IMG/VR virus record: IMGVR_UViG_3300042468_000945 | Span: 1-64,000 of that record | Source of the DNA: a virus | Reading direction: 5' to 3' (one strand) | Length of the DNA stretch: 64,000 nucleotides | Part shown: piece after piece, positions 62,780 through 64,000 of the stretch | Layout of the letters: each line of letters opens with the position of its first letter | Position numbering within the stretch: position 1 is the stretch's first letter | Notes under the pieces: model-generated | The model's database searches: none | What the model saw: the letters and a program-made list of their open reading frames with translations, nothing else | Told to the model about the DNA's origin: nothing | Translations under genes and position numbers: made by a program

Positions 62780-63998
62780 TTTTAGCTCCTATATTTTTAA
62801 TCCTCTTTAAGTATTCAGTGTCAGATTGTGTGTGGCCATAATCTGGAACTTCTATACCAACTAGAGCCGCTAAGATAGTTGTACCTTTAGCCGCTAGACC
62901 ATCATGTTGTCCACCTAACCAACCACCCAAGAAATTATCAAAAATAGATAGATCATCTCCTACAACACAACCTTGGTGTCCTCTAATACCAGCAACATAA
63001 GGAAGGGATGTACCATTACTATCTCTTGTTCTCAGAGGAATAATTGTTACAGCTTGTCTAGCTCTTAGTGTAGAGTTAGCATAGTCTATAATAGAAGCAC
63101 CAACTGTAAACCTAATAACCTCAACAGCAGCCCTTAAAACAATAGCAGGAGATAGCCATGATACTGCTTTAATAGACGGAGCAATTACTTTCTTCATTCT
63201 ACTTGCAGCTATGGCGACTTTTTCATTTTTGAAAACAACTCCCAACTCCTTAGCAGCTAGAAAATCATCAACTTTTTGTCCTGTTGCTTTAAGCGCATTC
63301 TCAGCAATTTTAATTCTTTCAACTAATCTAACAGGATTAGAGGCTTCCCTTACAACAGCTTTCAGTTCATCATCGGCAGTTGCAATACCAGCTGCCTGAG
63401 CAGCAGTAAATTGTTGTGCTGTTAAACCTTTTCGATCAGTAAGTAACTCAACAGTATCTAGTTCCTTAATAAAGTCATTCAACCTACCCGCATCATTAGG
63501 TAAGTCTGTTTCAATCATATAGTTTAAACTTTCAACGTCTTTTAAAAGATCATTCAGTCTCTTTTCAAGAACTATTTTTCCTTCAACTGTAGTAGCTGCA
63601 TTATAAGCAGTTTCAGCTTCTTTAATTTGTTCTGCCCTCTTAGCAATTAATTCATAGGCATTTTTTATCTCTTCTTTAATTTCTGGTTCTATTAATTTAA
63701 GCTGGTCCTTGAGTCTTTTTGCCACAATACTATCAGCAATCTCAATAACTTTATCTCTATCTAATGTGTCTTCAAACTTAGCTCCTAACTCTTTTAGAAG
63801 ATCAACATAATAAAGTTGACTTTCTACAGCGATGTTTAAAACCTTTTTCTGTAGGCCAGATGCTAGTCTTAAAGCTGGTAACTCAAGGTCTAAGTCTCTT
63901 GATCGTCTTAAAATATCAAATAAGTTATTACTTGATTTGTCATTAAGAATTCTTTTTAGTTCGTTTAATTGTTTTCTTCTTTTTGCCCCATAAAATGG
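62772..63998 (-). CDS. C-terminal part of a large helical virion protein (tail/hub); 5' end lies beyond the window
   Basis: The track's GTG at 63725 is internal: the frame stays open to the window edge (PFYGAKRRKQLNELKR...). C-terminal IIPL...PYVAGIRGHQGCVVG. Confidence 0.75.
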   Translation of the reverse strand, partial: PFYGAKRRKQLNELKRILNDKSSNNLFDILRRSRDLDLELPALRLASGLQKKVLNIAVESQLYYVDLLKELGAKFEDTLDRDKVIEIADSIVAKRLKDQLKLIEPEIKEEIKNAYELIAKRAEQIKEAETAYNAATTVEGKIVLEKRLNDLLKDVESLNYMIETDLPNDAGRLNDFIKELDTVELLTDRKGLTAQQFTAAQAAGIATADDELKAVVREASNPVRLVERIKIAENALKATGQKVDDFLAAKELGVVFKNEKVAIAASRMKKVIAPSIKAVSWLSPAIVLRAAVEVIRFTVGASIIDYANSTLRARQAVTIIPLRTRDSNGTSLPYVAGIRGHQGCVVGDDLSIFDNFLGGWLGGQHDGLAAKGTTILAALVGIEVPDYGHTQSDTEYLKRIKNIGAKNE

Positions 63999-64000
63999 TC

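Noticed and set aside
62772-63725. The 317-aa ORF as a complete gene
   Set aside because: The frame is open past the GTG to the window edge, so this is the C-terminal part of a longer protein.
1-64000. CRISPR array, diversity-generating retroelement, group I/II introns, inteins, IS elements, tRNAs
   Set aside because: I saw no spaced repeats, reverse transcriptase, homing endonuclease, intein splice motifs, transposase or cloverleaf. polA, recA, nrdA and nrdB are uninterrupted. This was a visual scan only.

Overview
This is a 64-kb slice of a large, AT-rich (roughly 30-35% GC by eye), probably lytic contractile-tailed phage genome. It is gene-dense, uses the standard genetic code, and shows no tRNA, rRNA, CRISPR array, integrase, intron or intein that I can see. 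The + strand block (1-15.7 kb) covers replication and nucleotide metabolism: family A DNA polymerase, RecA, SSB, HIRAN, NrdA, rIIA/rIIB, NrdB and many small ORFs. A long - strand block converges on it at a pair of hairpins (15.64-15.71 kb). By increasing coordinate that block holds: a beta-helix tailspike-like gene, a truncated sigma factor, a Ycf45-like ATPase and an amidase endolysin; an ~7-kb sugar-biosynthesis/glycosyltransferase cluster (DegT aminotransferase, GT2, SDR, PhyH-type dioxygenase, acyltransferase-GT fusion, GNAT-like, GT9, GT2); a degenerate thymidylate kinase, a RemA homologue, a tandem double GroES and a second sigma-like gene; ~19 kb of large paralogous virion proteins; GroEL, RuvC and a baseplate module (J, gp25, spike-like) interrupted by a glycosyltransferase-SEC-C fusion; and two different cell-wall hydrolases sharing a 37-aa N-terminal tag. 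The most interesting candidates are a phage virion-glycosylation system resembling the Mimivirus viosamine cluster and a tag-based way of loading interchangeable muralytic enzymes. All family calls come from motifs I recognised by eye; no searches were run.
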